Part shown: positions 26,181 to 38,981 of the stretch, piece after piece | Layout of the letters: every line of letters starts with the position of its first letter | Position numbering within the stretch: the first letter of the stretch is position 1 | Source of the DNA: Takakia lepidozioides | Lineage: Eukaryota > Plantae > Bryophyta | Direction of reading: 5' to 3' | Assembly (NCBI GenBank): GCA_030704615.1 | Contig: CM060733.1 | Location: forward strand, 18,600,001-18,664,000 | DNA length: 64,000 nt | Program-made: the position numbers and the translations under genes | The notes under the pieces: generated by a model | Databases searched by the model: none | Seen by the model: only the letters and a program-made list of their open reading frames with translations | What the model was told of the DNA's origin: nothing

Positions 26181-29100
26181 ATGATGCAGTCAGCACAAAT
26201 GGCCCAGCCAGGAGAGGGACAGCAATGGGTGATGATGCAGCAGCAACCGGGTATGCAGCATCCGCAGCAACATGAAGAAGTTAAAACCCTCTGGGTGGGT
26301 GATCTGCAGTACTGGATGGACGAGAACTACTTACATAATTGCTTCGCGCACACTGGAGAGGTAGGCCCTCTTCACAGGCTTGTTTTTGTTCACAGTCGCC
26401 AGCACCTAAGCGTAATCTCAAGTCATAGAGGGCGATATACCACATAGGTCATGCTAGAAAAGGGTTAGTGCTGCTTATTGAGGTCCCCTGTGTGCGCTGT
26501 AGAAGGAGGAGGGATGAGGGCATGGATACTCGTACGTTTGGAACCTTAGGGTTTGTGGACTGGTAGCAAGTTTCCTTTGTGGGCTAGCTTTCTCTATCCG
26601 TGTTGTGGAACATCAATGTTAGGGAGGGGATTTTTTCCGATCGGCGATGGTCTCTATCAGATATCCTTGCCTCGGTTTTTTTCTCAGAAGGGTGGAGGTG
26701 AATAGCGAGTTGGTGAGTGTAAGAAGCGGTGAAGAGACGGTGAACTATGTTGAACTATCAAGACAAGTTAAAGGCACTTCAAGATTATTAAAGTCAGTTC
26801 CATTGCAGTTTGCATGGCATGTCCAACTGGACTGGCTTTTGTCTTGCCTTCACATTGGTTATATAATAGCAGCAGAGGTATTACGCAACATGAGAACCTA
26901 GGCCCCTTTGAACCAGGACCTAGCGCTAGGTTTCAGGACCTGCCTGCCTTTTGGAGAGGATTTTCTGAAGGTGTCAGTTTGAAATCTTGCACAAACAGCC
27001 CGAAGCAGCCCTTACATTCCTCGTGGTGTTTAGAAATTTTTTGCCGCGACTTGTTGAGAGTAGTAATGTTGGAACTTTGCTTCGTGGGACCCTTCAAAGG
27101 GTTGTTAGCTGTTTCGCAGTGTTGTCTTGTTGTTTTCACTGGATGTTACTGTACATGCCTTAAACCTACCACTTCTCACACTTAATATCGGTGGTAGAAG
27201 CCTGACTGGCCAATGGTCAACATTTTTGAGGTGCTGAGATGGGCATGTCTTGGAATATTAGATTCCAGACAAATTAGATAACTGGGAGTATCCAAAGGCT
27301 GGACGATTGTGCCACTGCGCAAAGTAGCTTGTGCTTATGTATCCCAGTTTGTGAGAATCTTGCAGGTGCTATCTGTGAAGATTATCCGCAACAAGCAAAC
27401 AGGGTATTCAGAGGGTTATGGGTTTGTCGAATTTGTTTCCCATGCATCAGCAGAAAAAGTTCTACAGAGCTACAATGGAACTCAAATGCCCAATACTGAG
27501 CAGCCTTTCAGGCTCAATTGGGCTTCCTTTGGGATTGGGGAAAGGCGACCTGAGGCAGGACCAGAGCACTCCATTTTTGTAGGAGATTTGGCTCCTGATG
27601 TGACTGACTACATGCTACAAGAGACCTTTCGCTCTCGTTATCCATCGGTGAAGGGAGCCAAGGTGGTCACAGATGCCAACACGGGACGCTCAAAGGGTTA
27701 TGGTTTTGTAAGGTTTGGGGATGAAATGGAGAGAAATAGAGCAATGAGCGAGATGAACGGAATCTACTGCTCTAGCCGGCCAATGCGGATTAGTGCGGCT
27801 ACTCCCAAGAAATCATTGGGTCCAGCCCAACAGCCCAATCTGCAAGGTATGTGCATATTTACTGACGTGACTGAAGAGAATTGAAAGATAAGGCACTCAC
27901 CTCTGATCACATATCCTTGAAGAAGTGCGGTAATAGCTGCTTAATTTCCAATGGCCCTACTGCATTGGCTGTCATATACAGGTAGAAGGGGTTGCAGTTA
28001 TGCTCTTCTATTCACCTTCATAATTCAACTTTTTCCACCAGTGCCTACTGGTTGACAATTTTCATTTATTCCTCACCGATGTATCCCCTATTTCCCCCTT
28101 ATGTCCTTGACTGAAGATGAAGCTTCAATATCCTTTTTATTGAAGTAGTGTCACGGATTAAGTTTCTTGCAATCTGGCCTATATTGGTACACCCTAAGCA
28201 GGGTAATATTGGGCATTATGTTGTACTTGCAAAGCAGTAAGCAACAGTGCAGAGTGGCGGTGGCAGTGAGGAAAGCATAAAGGCATTAATTTTTTTCGAA
28301 GCAGGAGGGAAAGAGGCTTGCTACAAAAGGCCTTGGAACAAAACCCGGCAACTGGGCTCATTATAGTGGGTGGCCTCTGATTTAGGTCAGTCTCCTTGTT
28401 TGCACGATTTTGCTGCTGCACTTTCGTGCATTCCGTTGACTGGAGCCGCTTTTTTGGTCTATTTTTAAGACTTGAAATTTAGGTTTGCTTGCTCAACTCA
28501 TTTACAAACTCATCTTCTCCTATTTGTGGAGGTGCTCTTTTCTGGAAAATCTATTTCCTGTCACTGGTTGCAAAATTTTGCAACAGCACTTCTTTTTCTT
28601 TTTATCGAACCCATTTTCCTGTTCATCAGTTCAGATGTAGTTTTCTTTCTGCATCCTGCCTTATTGCCAAATCATCGTCTCCTGCTTAAGGAGGCTGCCA
28701 CAGTCTGGAACTTCTTCTTTGTACTTGCTCTCAATCTTGGCTTTCATGTTGAATCAACTTGAACTTGTAGGACACTATTTACTGGTGGTAGCTGATCCCC
28801 GCATAGAGTTAAGAAATCTTTTGTCAGTGTATCTGTCTCTGATTTCTCTTCTCCTATGCTCATCTTCTGACTAACTTTTTATCTGTCTTGACCCTTCCGC
28901 TTGACTCCTGCCCTCCCTCCCTTATCAGTTCGAGCAATGGACTTCACTTTGCTCTGTTTTCAAGAGATTCTATCAGAATAGATAGTGGTTACGTCAAGAG
29001 CAAGAGGTGCTTTAGTGTCAAGGAACCAAATTACTGAAATAGTTGGTGACCATGAGGATTGGCCCCACTTGCTACCCCTCATGCTGTCAACTAGTAGATC

Positions 29101-31639
29101 ATGATGGTTGGCTTGAATAGTGTAGTAGTGTCCTACCGCAGGTTTGACAATGGGACTATCAGAGTAGAGCAGTATAGGACTGCATTTCAGTGCTTAAAAG
29201 GATTGATCGTTCTGCTCCCCTGTGACCTGGCATACACTTTCAGCTGTCCAGAGCTGGCAAATTTGATGTGTTCTTCCCTATCTAGCGCAGTTATCGATTT
29301 TCCCACATTACTTGAATTCCGCTGTTAGTTCATTGATATGAACTCAAGGCAAATAACCAGTGGTTCCTGATAAAGGTTTTCATCACCTATAGCTAGCCTG
29401 AAATTAAGTGAAGTCCATCAGGAGTAAAGTTTCTCGGGTAGCAACTGGTGAAGTGAGCCTCCTGGAGTGTTCTGGATTTTGACAACAATGGACTTGTCAT
29501 TGCGAGAGATTTTGCCCTAAATATGTTTAAACTTATTATTTTCACCATGTAAGCATGTCCACTTTAGGGTATATAAAGTGAGGTTGATGACACAATCTGA
29601 GCCATCAGATCACTACAAAGTTAAGCAACGTCTAATTACAGGCTTACCAGCTTACAGGTTTTCAGGCCCCATAGCCACAGCCAAGAGGTTTAGAGTGTGG
29701 ACCTTTGGCCATGATCTGCTTAGAAATCAGTATGAGTAACTTGCCAAGCAGCCTGAACATTTACATGATGGCCAATCGTGCTATTGTCATAGTCCTTCTA
29801 TGATGGTAAGTAGTAGGAAGGTGGCTGTTTCCGGAGCAATGTGTTTTGAGTCTCCCAAGTGGGTGGGTTTTAAGATACAATCCATGTTCCCTATGTGTGC
29901 CTCAGTTGTCTTCTGTTGTTTGCAACTATGTAATAAAAGATTGGAATATGGTGCTGGGTGTATAGCCTCTCCAGGGGTTGGTGCACAGTATCAAGCTGCT
30001 CCTGCTTATGGTGGAGCTGCCCCACCTCCTCAGCCATTTCCTACTGACAACGACCCCAACAATACAACTGTAAGCCTTCTAATTTCTTATTTTTGTTTGT
30101 GCAAGTTCCGTAGGAATTGTGTTCATTTGACAATCTATATCCTTTAGCTTGATCAGGCTTGTCAACTGCATCATTCTAGTTTTCTCAACACTTGTACCAG
30201 CTGGGTGGTACAAATGGATGATGTGAGCAATGACATGGGACAGGCATGTGATGACAAGATCATGCTCACTTTATGACGAGATTGAGCATTGACAGTAATT
30301 TCTTTGTTAACCTGTGAACTATTCTTAGAGCTGACAAGCTACAACCAGTGAAAGTTCTTAATTATGTACGAAAGTGCCTAGTACAAATGAATGTCTGAAG
30401 GCAAAACCTAATGCAAAATAATTATTCTGTGCAGATATTTGTCGGAGGCCTGGATCCAAGTGTAAGCGATGATGATTTGAAAGCTGTTTTTGGACAGTTT
30501 GGAGATCTCGTCTATGTCAAAATTCCTGTGGGCAAGGGCTGTGGCTTTGTCCAGTTTACGCACAGGTTGTTGTCCAAATCGGTAGTTTATGCGCTGGTAG
30601 TGGTTCTTGTTAGGACATCTAGAAAAGTTGTTAGTTCAGCATCTACTGAAGTTTTTCTTTTGGAACCTGAATAAAGACTCACTCCTGGTTGCGGATTTGC
30701 TATTGCTGAAGTAACCAGGACATGAGGGATAAGTGAACACTGGTGGGACATTGCCTGTATGTCCGTGGATACCTAATATTTGCCAGGTCTTTACCCACAG
30801 ACGATACATTCTCTTATTGACTTTCTTTGATAGTCTCAGTTGAGTGAGTTGAGTGAGCTCCTTCAACATGGCATCGGCCACCATAATTTGGCATGTGGAC
30901 CAAGTTGTGACTCTTTTTCAAGAGACCTTATTGGCTTAGCAAGTTGTTATTAACTGTGTTCTGTTTGGCTTGTAAATCCACTTCAATGTTTTTGTTTGTT
31001 GTGTACTTTTGCAGAGCATGTGCAGATGAGGCACTGCAAAGGTTACATGGAACAGTAATCGGGTCACAAGCTGTCCGCTTGTCATGGGGTAGGAGTCCTG
31101 GCAACAAGCAGGTTACCCATGATGTATGTCTTCTGTACTTCCTATGTCCTCCTGCCATTGGTTTCCTTTCTGTGGCACTGGATACAGAGGTTGCCAACTA
31201 ATAAGATTTATGCAATGCCCACTAAGTATTTGTGATTCTAATAATAAACCTTTGCACTCAAACAGTTGATTTCACATATCTCCAGCCCTCACTCCAGCCC
31301 TCTCCAGATTTCCCTTATTTAGTTGGTCTCTGTACTTCATGGGCATTTTAAGGTTATTGGTATGTCTTCAGAGCTGGTTTCTGTTGCTCTGCGCATAGAG
31401 ATTGACGGATCTTTCTGCACTGACCATGGATGTTGAGTTTGCAGAGGCAGCAATCACCAGCAGGCTGGGGGCAGCCTCAACAAGACCCTAATCAATGGAA
31501 TGGAGGTGGAGGATATTATGGAGGGTATGGGCAAGGCTATGATGGATATGGATATGCTGCACCACCTCCCCAGGATGCTGGAGCGTATGCGTATGGGAAC
31601 TACCCAGGCTATGGGAACTATCCACAGCAGGTAAGCTAG
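26181..31639 (+). CDS. RBP45: Polyadenylate-binding RBP45/RBP47 family protein (3 RRMs). Exons ~26181-26360, 27366-27846, 29967-30069, 30435-30565, 31014-31111, 31445-31630; the terminal exon may be 31913-31918.
   Basis: Q-rich N-terminus. RRM1 TLWVGDLQYWMDENYL...GYGFVEF. RRM2 SIFVGDLAPDVTD...SKGYGFVRF. RRM3 DPNNTTIFVGGLD...GKGCGFVQF...VRLSWGRSP. G/Y-rich tail. Confidence 0.93.
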
Positions 31640-34600
31640 AGCCTTGTGCTAGCTGGCTCTTTGCTGTGTGCATGTTGCGCCAGCTAAGGTTTGGTCGCCA
31701 ATGAGTGGCAAGAAGTGTCTCCCATAAACTCGTTGAGATTCTTTTCATTTGGGTTGAGGATTGCAATCACGTAGGAGTTCTTTCTTTGTCTATCCTGGCT
31801 TTCTTCAGATTCATGCCCTTGCATGTCAAGGGAAACTTCCTCTACCACAAGAAATGTGTTGAAGGAGTGTCATACAGTCCTAGTAACTTGTCTTTTCTTG
31901 GTGGTATTGTAGATGTGAGTATTTCTTCTCGGACAACAGTTAGCGTGGTTAGAGTCTGAATCAACTTGGCAACAAGACCTTCCTCAATCTATTTTGAGAT
32001 TGCTGTAATGCTGTGAGATCAAATAGAGGAGCAAGACAGGTGCTGTGCGTATGCGTGTGTGAGAGGTAGAGAATGCTCGTGTAAGAATCTATGGTCACAT
32101 CATTGAAAAAACCTGTAGTTACTTGCTGATAATTGTAGTATGCATTGATTGTCATTTTGGAACAGGCCCTATGTTGATCATGTAGATCTTAGAAGAGCTC
32201 CGTAGTAGCTGCAGCAGTTTTGATGGTTGTGCAGCACGGAGAACTTTAGTCAGCGTCAGGGGGAATGACTCCTTTTTCCCAGTTGTAACGATGAATGAGG
32301 AAAAGAGTGTCAACTTTTCTGGTACTCCTGGTATTGTGCGTGTCTGTGGATAACTGTGGCCCATTAGTAGAGGGTTTGTATAAACCTGTAATTTATTGCT
32401 CTGTGATTGACCACCACTGTGGAATCCTGACCCGTTTTTAAACCATGAGAGTTTGCCATGCATCATCATAGCTGTCTGCAGTTCTGTCTCATGCTTTATC
32501 TTCAAATTAGTCACATGCAAGTGTCGTGGACTGTCCCTCTGCCAATGTCTCTTACAGACGTCCATGTGTACATCATGCACAGCAGCAGTCTTATGATTAT
32601 TTTAGGCATGGTGACTAGATGGGAGGGTTGAGTTGGAAGAAGGGCATAGTTAAAGTCTGTGTCAGGGCCAATGCTGAAGCTGGACAAAGGTTTCACATAA
32701 GGGAGCTGTGTGGCCCATTTCTGTTGCTCTGTTCTGCTGTTGGCGTGGGGCATGGATATACTCGTACATCACCATCCCTAGAGTGAGGCACAGGCTGGGA
32801 TAGGCGCTGCAGCTCCCATCACCAGTACCGGCCCCACTGTCGAGCACAAGGAGGATGAGATCTTCGACCCCCTTGCCCCTGCTGACATTGACAAGTGAGC
32901 TCTCTCTCTCTCTCCCTCCCTGCAGTTTCTGTCTTGCATCCAACCAATATTGATGCAGTATTCATGCAAGGTGCATGCTTTCAGCTTCACTCTTCCTCCC
33001 CTAGAGGTATGCACTTCTTGGCATGCAACTCATTCATTTCTCTCCGGTAGGAAACGGAGTAGATTGGATGGCTTGCAAGTGCAGCTGGTTGCTAGCTATG
33101 GCTGATATGGTGGCTTATATAGTATATTTGGATCACTAGGGTACTGTTAGTTTGGATCCTTATAGGGCATGTATTCTAACTTTGGGCTACTTCTCATCAA
33201 TATAAAGTTTTTTGGGAATACAGTTCTAGCTCTAGGCTGCAACAATGGATTTATTCTAATGGAGATTTTAGTAAATTTCAATGCTTTGTGGGGGAATATG
33301 GCTGCAGATTGAATGCAGCGTACATTGCCATACATGAGGCTCCTTTGCTAGGGCGCCATCTGTGGCTGAAGACCTCTGAGCAAGCTCAACCTGTCTAGCT
33401 GGCCCTTTTCTCTGTGGTTTAGCTTGAAGCTGTAGATCCTCTTGATGGTGTCTGGTTAACAGTTATGACAAACTGTGGGTGCGAAAGCCCCTAAAGAGAG
33501 CATCAGGTGATTGGGCTTTCAACTCAAAGTCGTTCCAAGTTCAGAACATGATGGAGGAAGACTATGACCCTTGAACCTTCGTTTGGACCTTTGAAGGCAG
33601 GTCCCACTCTTCGGCAGCCCACAACCACAAGGACCGTTAGGTGGTAGGCGTTTCTATAGAGGACCATGTTTTGAGTGGACATGTTCAAGAAGCAGCTACA
33701 TTCTAATTTCCGGGTGCTTTACTTCTTTTGTGTGGAAGATGGATGGTAATTGTGTGCACAATTGGTGTAGTGTAGTATACTGTGATTTTGAAAAATAATT
33801 TCTGTCTCATTGCAGTTGCTGTCATTACTCTATTCTAATAGACTTTCTTGGTGTGATTATGAGGGGCACCCCCCAGAAGAATTTAAGGTGCGCAGAAGTT
33901 TCGAGGTGGTTGGGATATCCATGAAGGTTTTAAACGAAAATAGGCTGGACCTGGACTGTGGAGGTTCTGGATGGAATTTTCTTCGTTTTCCAAGTCATCT
34001 GTGCTTTTTTGCTGGAGTAAATTTTGTGCAGCAGGAAGATGTTTGAACAATTACATGTGAGAGGTTTATTAGGGTTCCTCCTACTCACCCCCATGCAGTG
34101 TTTGATGTTCCAGGCCAGTTGTCTCACTCCAGAAGCTTTGAGAAGCTTTGGGAAGCTGTTGATCATCTTTACAGATGGAAACTACCCATCCCTTGAAATC
34201 AATTTGAGATCACATAATGGTGGAAGCAACATCAGTGATGTTGTCACTGAACATCAATATTGTTATTGAGCTGTCTTGGGACAAAAGAGGGGCCCAAAAT
34301 TCAGAGGATCGAGCTTTACAAGTAACATTTCTGATATATATTAGAAGGTTTTGATGCAGAACTAGCATGTCGTGAAATCCCACAAAAATGAAAAAGATGA
34401 TTTGGAGTTTTAAGCCTGTACCTCCACGCATATGTAGTAGGTCCCTCCTGTTCTCTCCAAAAAGCTTCAGATAAATGGGCATACATTGTGTGATTCCTAA
34501 CTTTGCTTAGGTAGAACGAGCTCTTTGATGGTAGAAGAACCCTCACTAAATGAAGAAAAATGTAGTTCGAGTATCCCAACAAACTTACATGATATCACCT

Positions 34601-34846
34601 TTCTGAGTGTCCCTATTAAGAGAGCGATGATGTAACATCAGATAACATCCGTGTAGCAGCATATATTTTCAAATTTTTGGTTTCTCAAGCAGTGTACAAG
34701 AAACTTAACAAAAATGCTTTTGTATTAATCAGCCAGGATCTGTTCACTCAATTTTGCGTGAGCGGATTTCTGAATCGAGAGAGTATGACTCAAGTGCCTA
34801 AGCCCAAGTTGCAGCAACTAAGCTTCTTCAGCTGCCATGTTTTATA

Positions 34847-36334
34847 TCAAAACCCACCTATGGTTCCAAACCTCTTCAAACGAATGACCTGCACTATCAG
34901 GTAGCCATTCAAACCAGCAATGATGACACTAATTATGTATGCGGCAATCCGTGCTGGCCAACCATTTCTGAAGCTGCCCATCTTGGCTCGAGAACTGGTG
35001 AAATGAACCAATGGAACCACAGCAAAGATGAGAGTGAAAGAGAGGATCACCTGACTCAACACTAGCAGTTTACCAGCACCCTTGTTTCCATAAATTGCAG
35101 CAACAGCACAGGCAGGGATCAGTGCAATCATCCGTGTGAGAAGCCGGCGAATCCAAGGCTTAAGACGTATCTGAAGGAAGCCCTCCATCACCACCTGCCC
35201 AGCCAAGGTCCCCACAATTGTGGAATTCTGACCAGTGGCTAATAACCCAATCCCAAACAAAATTTTTGCAGCCCGGCTTCCAAGTGCAGGTGACAGTAAC
35301 TGATAGGCATCACTGATGGTAGCAACATTGGGGTGTGCATTCGGACCATAATGGAATGCAGCTGCTGCCAGGATCAAAATAGCTGCATTCACAAAGAATG
35401 CAAACATGAGAGAGATGCCACTGTCCCACCTGCCGTACTTGACAGCCATCTTCTTACCTTCTATTGTGCGAGGGTAAGCCCGTGTCTGTATGATGCTTGA
35501 GTGGAGATAAATGCTGTGAGGCATGACAGTAGCGCCTAATATTCCAATTGCATCGAACAATATATCCGGGTTAGTGATAATCTCTGCCCGGGGAATGAAG
35601 CCTCCAGCAACCTTCAACCAATGAGGCTTCACAACAGCCAACTCATAAACGAACACTGTGGCTATGACTAGGCACAACAAGAAAACCAGTACTTCTAAGC
35701 AACGAAAATTTTTGACCCCAAACAGCAGGATGAACAGGACATCTGCGCCAGTGATGATAACCCCAGCCCACACCGGGATATTGAACAAGAGATAGAATGC
35801 TGTGGCTGAACCGATGACTTCTGCAAGATCTGTGGCCGCAATAGCAATCTCCGCCATGATCCAGAGGCCATACACCACCCACTTGGGATATGCATCACGG
35901 CATGCTTGTGCCAAATCCCTCTCTGCTACAACTCCCAGCTTCAGAGACAGTGACTGAATAAAAATGGCAGTGAAGTTTGAAACAAGGATAATGATCAACA
36001 GCTTGTAGCCATAAGATGCACCGCCGGTGAGGTCTGTCGCCCAATTGCCTGGATCCATATATGCTACACTGATGAGGAAACCTAGGCCTGCAAATGCAAA
36101 ATACTTCTGATACCACTTTCCAGCTAGATCTGGCACGTTCACGGAAGCATGAACTTCTTCCAAAGACGCTGTCTCGTTGACCCGGCGCCAGCCATTGAGT
36201 AAAGCTACTTTCTCTGGGGATACCTGAGCTTGAGGTTGGGCTTGTGCACGATCAAACTCCTCAACACTTTCAGTTGTCACCACCACCACTTGGCCTGGTG
36301 GAGGGGCCTCAAGGTTGAAGCTTGATATTGCCAT
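34847..36334 (-). CDS. NRAMP: NRAMP/MntH family divalent metal (Mn/Fe) transporter, intronless, resembling bacterial MntH
   Basis: Single 495-aa ORF with TM1 AYMDPGNWATD, TM6 GATVMPHSIYLHS, consensus transport motif GQNSTIVGTLAGQVVMEGFL and SQVILS. About 11 hydrophobic segments. Confidence 0.96.
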   Translation of the reverse strand: MAISSFNLEAPPPGQVVVVTTESVEEFDRAQAQPQAQVSPEKVALLNGWRRVNETASLEEVHASVNVPDLAGKWYQKYFAFAGLGFLISVAYMDPGNWATDLTGGASYGYKLLIIILVSNFTAIFIQSLSLKLGVVAERDLAQACRDAYPKWVVYGLWIMAEIAIAATDLAEVIGSATAFYLLFNIPVWAGVIITGADVLFILLFGVKNFRCLEVLVFLLCLVIATVFVYELAVVKPHWLKVAGGFIPRAEIITNPDILFDAIGILGATVMPHSIYLHSSIIQTRAYPRTIEGKKMAVKYGRWDSGISLMFAFFVNAAILILAAAAFHYGPNAHPNVATISDAYQLLSPALGSRAAKILFGIGLLATGQNSTIVGTLAGQVVMEGFLQIRLKPWIRRLLTRMIALIPACAVAAIYGNKGAGKLLVLSQVILSFTLIFAVVPLVHFTSSRAKMGSFRNGWPARIAAYIISVIIAGLNGYLIVQVIRLKRFGTIGGF

Positions 36335-37024
36335 GGTGGATAGGGTTCAGGCAATCCTGCCCAACCTGTCATGAGCAATACAATGTCAGCTAGTTTTACG
36401 GTATATTTATCAATGTGCATTGTCAGACGAACATGTGGAGCTAACAAAGTAGATAAAATTGGAGGCAGATTCTTTACTACACTTCCAAGCAAGTGGAAAG
36501 TCGGAGTCTTCACGAAATTGCTCTCCTCAAAATCCAAACATGTGCAATTCTTTGACTTCCTCAGAGATGACATGGAAGAGAGAGCCTTACTTCATCCCTC
36601 TCTTCTTTAAAAGTGTGAATTAGACAGATATTGCTGCACGGGTCTTCACCATGTTGCTGACACCGCACTCAACTAAGTCAGCCATCAAAGCCTAGCAAAT
36701 CATCCATGACAAGAGACCCAGCTAGCAGAATGCTTCGAGTTACAGACCTCACAGAGTCCAAATAACGTGTGCCCCTCAGCTTGGTGCCTTCAAGTTTGAA
36801 AGCAAATCAGCCCAAGAAAAGCTTTGTAGTCTCCAAGGATCATACATTCCCACTTGTGAGAAAAATAGCTGGAGAGAGGTTTTCCCAGGAAGATGCCATG
36901 GGCGAGGAGAAATCTTTTGAAGCGTGGACAATCCTTTCTGCACGGGAGCAATATAGCACCATCTGCTATCCGTCAAGCTGCAAGTACATCAAACAAGGAG
37001 AAAGATGCTTAAGGCCTGGAGAGA

Positions 37025-37410
37025 GAGAATGCACTCATAAGGCGCTGTTTGCCGTAGCCTTTTGGCCATAGACCCCACGCCCAGTTTGGGCGAACAAAAG
37101 GGAACAGATACTACCTTTGTGAGAAGCTCACTCGGGTAGTGTGACTTAAAGACAATTAGTTCAGGTTTTTCAGATATCCCCTTCACACAAGCATCAGTTT
37201 GCCATGCGTGACCTGCCCAGCAATTAGACGCCAACAGGGCCAAGGCTTTAGGCTCAGCCTCAAGATTTTCAAAGTTGGTGAACAGGGGTGTGGGGACGAT
37301 GTTCATGATGTTCCTGAAGAGGGTCACTCTCTGGTGAGAATATCCCGTACAATGTATCAGGAACTCGATATTATCGTCAGGCTGCCCGCACATCGGACAA
37401 TTACCATGGA
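37025..37410 (-). mobile_element. 5'-truncated LINE 3' end (same family as 7840-8260), upstream of NRAMP
   Basis: CPMCGQPDDNIEFLIHCTGYSHQRVTLF...NFENLEAEPKALALL aligns with the 8-kb copy and has the same 3' terminal sequence. Confidence 0.75.
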
Positions 37411-38981
37411 GAGAGAGAAAAACTATTCTCATGGCAACGGGAGGCCCAGATGGTTCACTTGAGAGACACAGAGAAGCCTAAGTCACAGTCGCACAGAAAA
37501 GCTATTGACAAATGATACCTTCGGGCTGCTACTGAGAGAGAGAAAAGCCAACCTGAACCATAAAATTGCAGCTGGATCTGACCATACACTGCTTCCTCAT
37601 GGACATCAGCACCCAATAAAATATGCAAATCCAGATCTTTCAACGAAACCTCAAAAGAACAACAATTCTCCTCTTTCCTAAGACACCACAACCCTAGAAG
37701 TATCCGACATTCAAATGCAGGAGGACCCGTCTGCTCAACCTAATATCCGAATGTGGGCTGGCAACAAACCTCCGCAGGCGGAAGCAGAAACGACCAGTCT
37801 CCTTGGCAACAGATCAACCGTCAACAACGAAGCCGGAAGCACACTATTATCTTGCACATCAAGTTGTCTCTCTCGGGTCTTGTCTCCTGCCAAGACATAG
37901 AGCCCCTCCTCCCTATTGAAACAGCTCCTTCGCTCACCCATGTGCCCACTGGCCCCTTGAAACAATCCCCCTGATCATCTTGCGCCGTTCAGGATGAACC
38001 AAATCCCACATTCAGAAGGCTTCCGTTCAACACATTTTCACAAAACAACTGAAACAATCAGTGGAACGACGACGTCGGTATTGAGTCATCCACGATCTCG
38101 CCAAGGCTTTCAAGGACGCTGGCCTGCCGATTTCTCTGTGTTTTCTTGAACGTTCAACCGACCCCCTACAACAGTGTTGCCCTGCAGGCTCAGTTGAACG
38201 TCCAATCTCCCCCTACCCAAATGGGTCCCCGTTCCTGTTTGTAAATGCTGGTCACCTAATATATAAAACCAAAGAGAGCAAAGTGAACTTATGCATCACA
38301 GCATTGCTGCATAGATTACAAGACATGGCCCCACTACATTCTACATTCCATCCATTACGTGTTGAAACATGTGGATGTCAAATGTGCATAAGCCCAAAAA
38401 GGACAACAGCAGGGCCAAGCCGTGGACATTGACTAGCCCGGGCTTCAACTGAAGATGTCTCCTTTCTTTTTTTTTTTCCTGGTCGACGAAATCTCGCAAT
38501 GGTAGATCATCAGAAAGGGATCATTTCCCTGAAAATGATCATCAGAAAGGGACCTGATGATTTCCCTGGAAATACAAAGGCAAAGCCCCAATAGCTTTTT
38601 AGAAAATGTGCGCATGCACACTGTTGCACGAGCCATTCGTGAGCAATGCGTAGGTAGATCACTGACAAACGTGGCGTGGACACAAGAGTGCTTGGCAGGA
38701 TCGAGGGCACAAGTCACTGACCGTCATTTCTATACATTTGAAGATGGTTCAGGTTCCAAGTTTACATTTTATGTGGACAATTGCAGTTGTGTAGTCCGTA
38801 ATCACCCTAGAAGCTGCAGGTGCAGCTTCGTTTAGTCCTGAGGTGACGGTACTGGGTCAAGGAGCCTTGCACCCTCGAGTCTGAGCGGCACACACGAGCT
38901 GTTTTTGTTAAGCAACATCTCTACTTTCTTCGGCTGTTGAGAGTGTTTGAGTTAAGGAATATCTGTTGATTGTCTCGAAGG

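Noticed and set aside
33500-34300. Exon-like fragments with GT/AG borders
   Set aside because: They could not be joined into a stop-free or recognisable protein. A decayed pseudogene is possible but unsupported.
35590-35603. 14-nt identity to the 3' part of miR166 inside the NRAMP CDS
   Set aside because: The match is in the sense orientation of the mRNA, lacks the miRNA 5' end and has no hairpin. It is a coincidence with codons for GGFIP.
5177-36334. Possible iron/Fe-S gene cluster (leuC, HSCB, NRAMP)
   Set aside because: The genes are separated by unrelated ones and act in different compartments. Nothing in the sequence indicates co-regulation.
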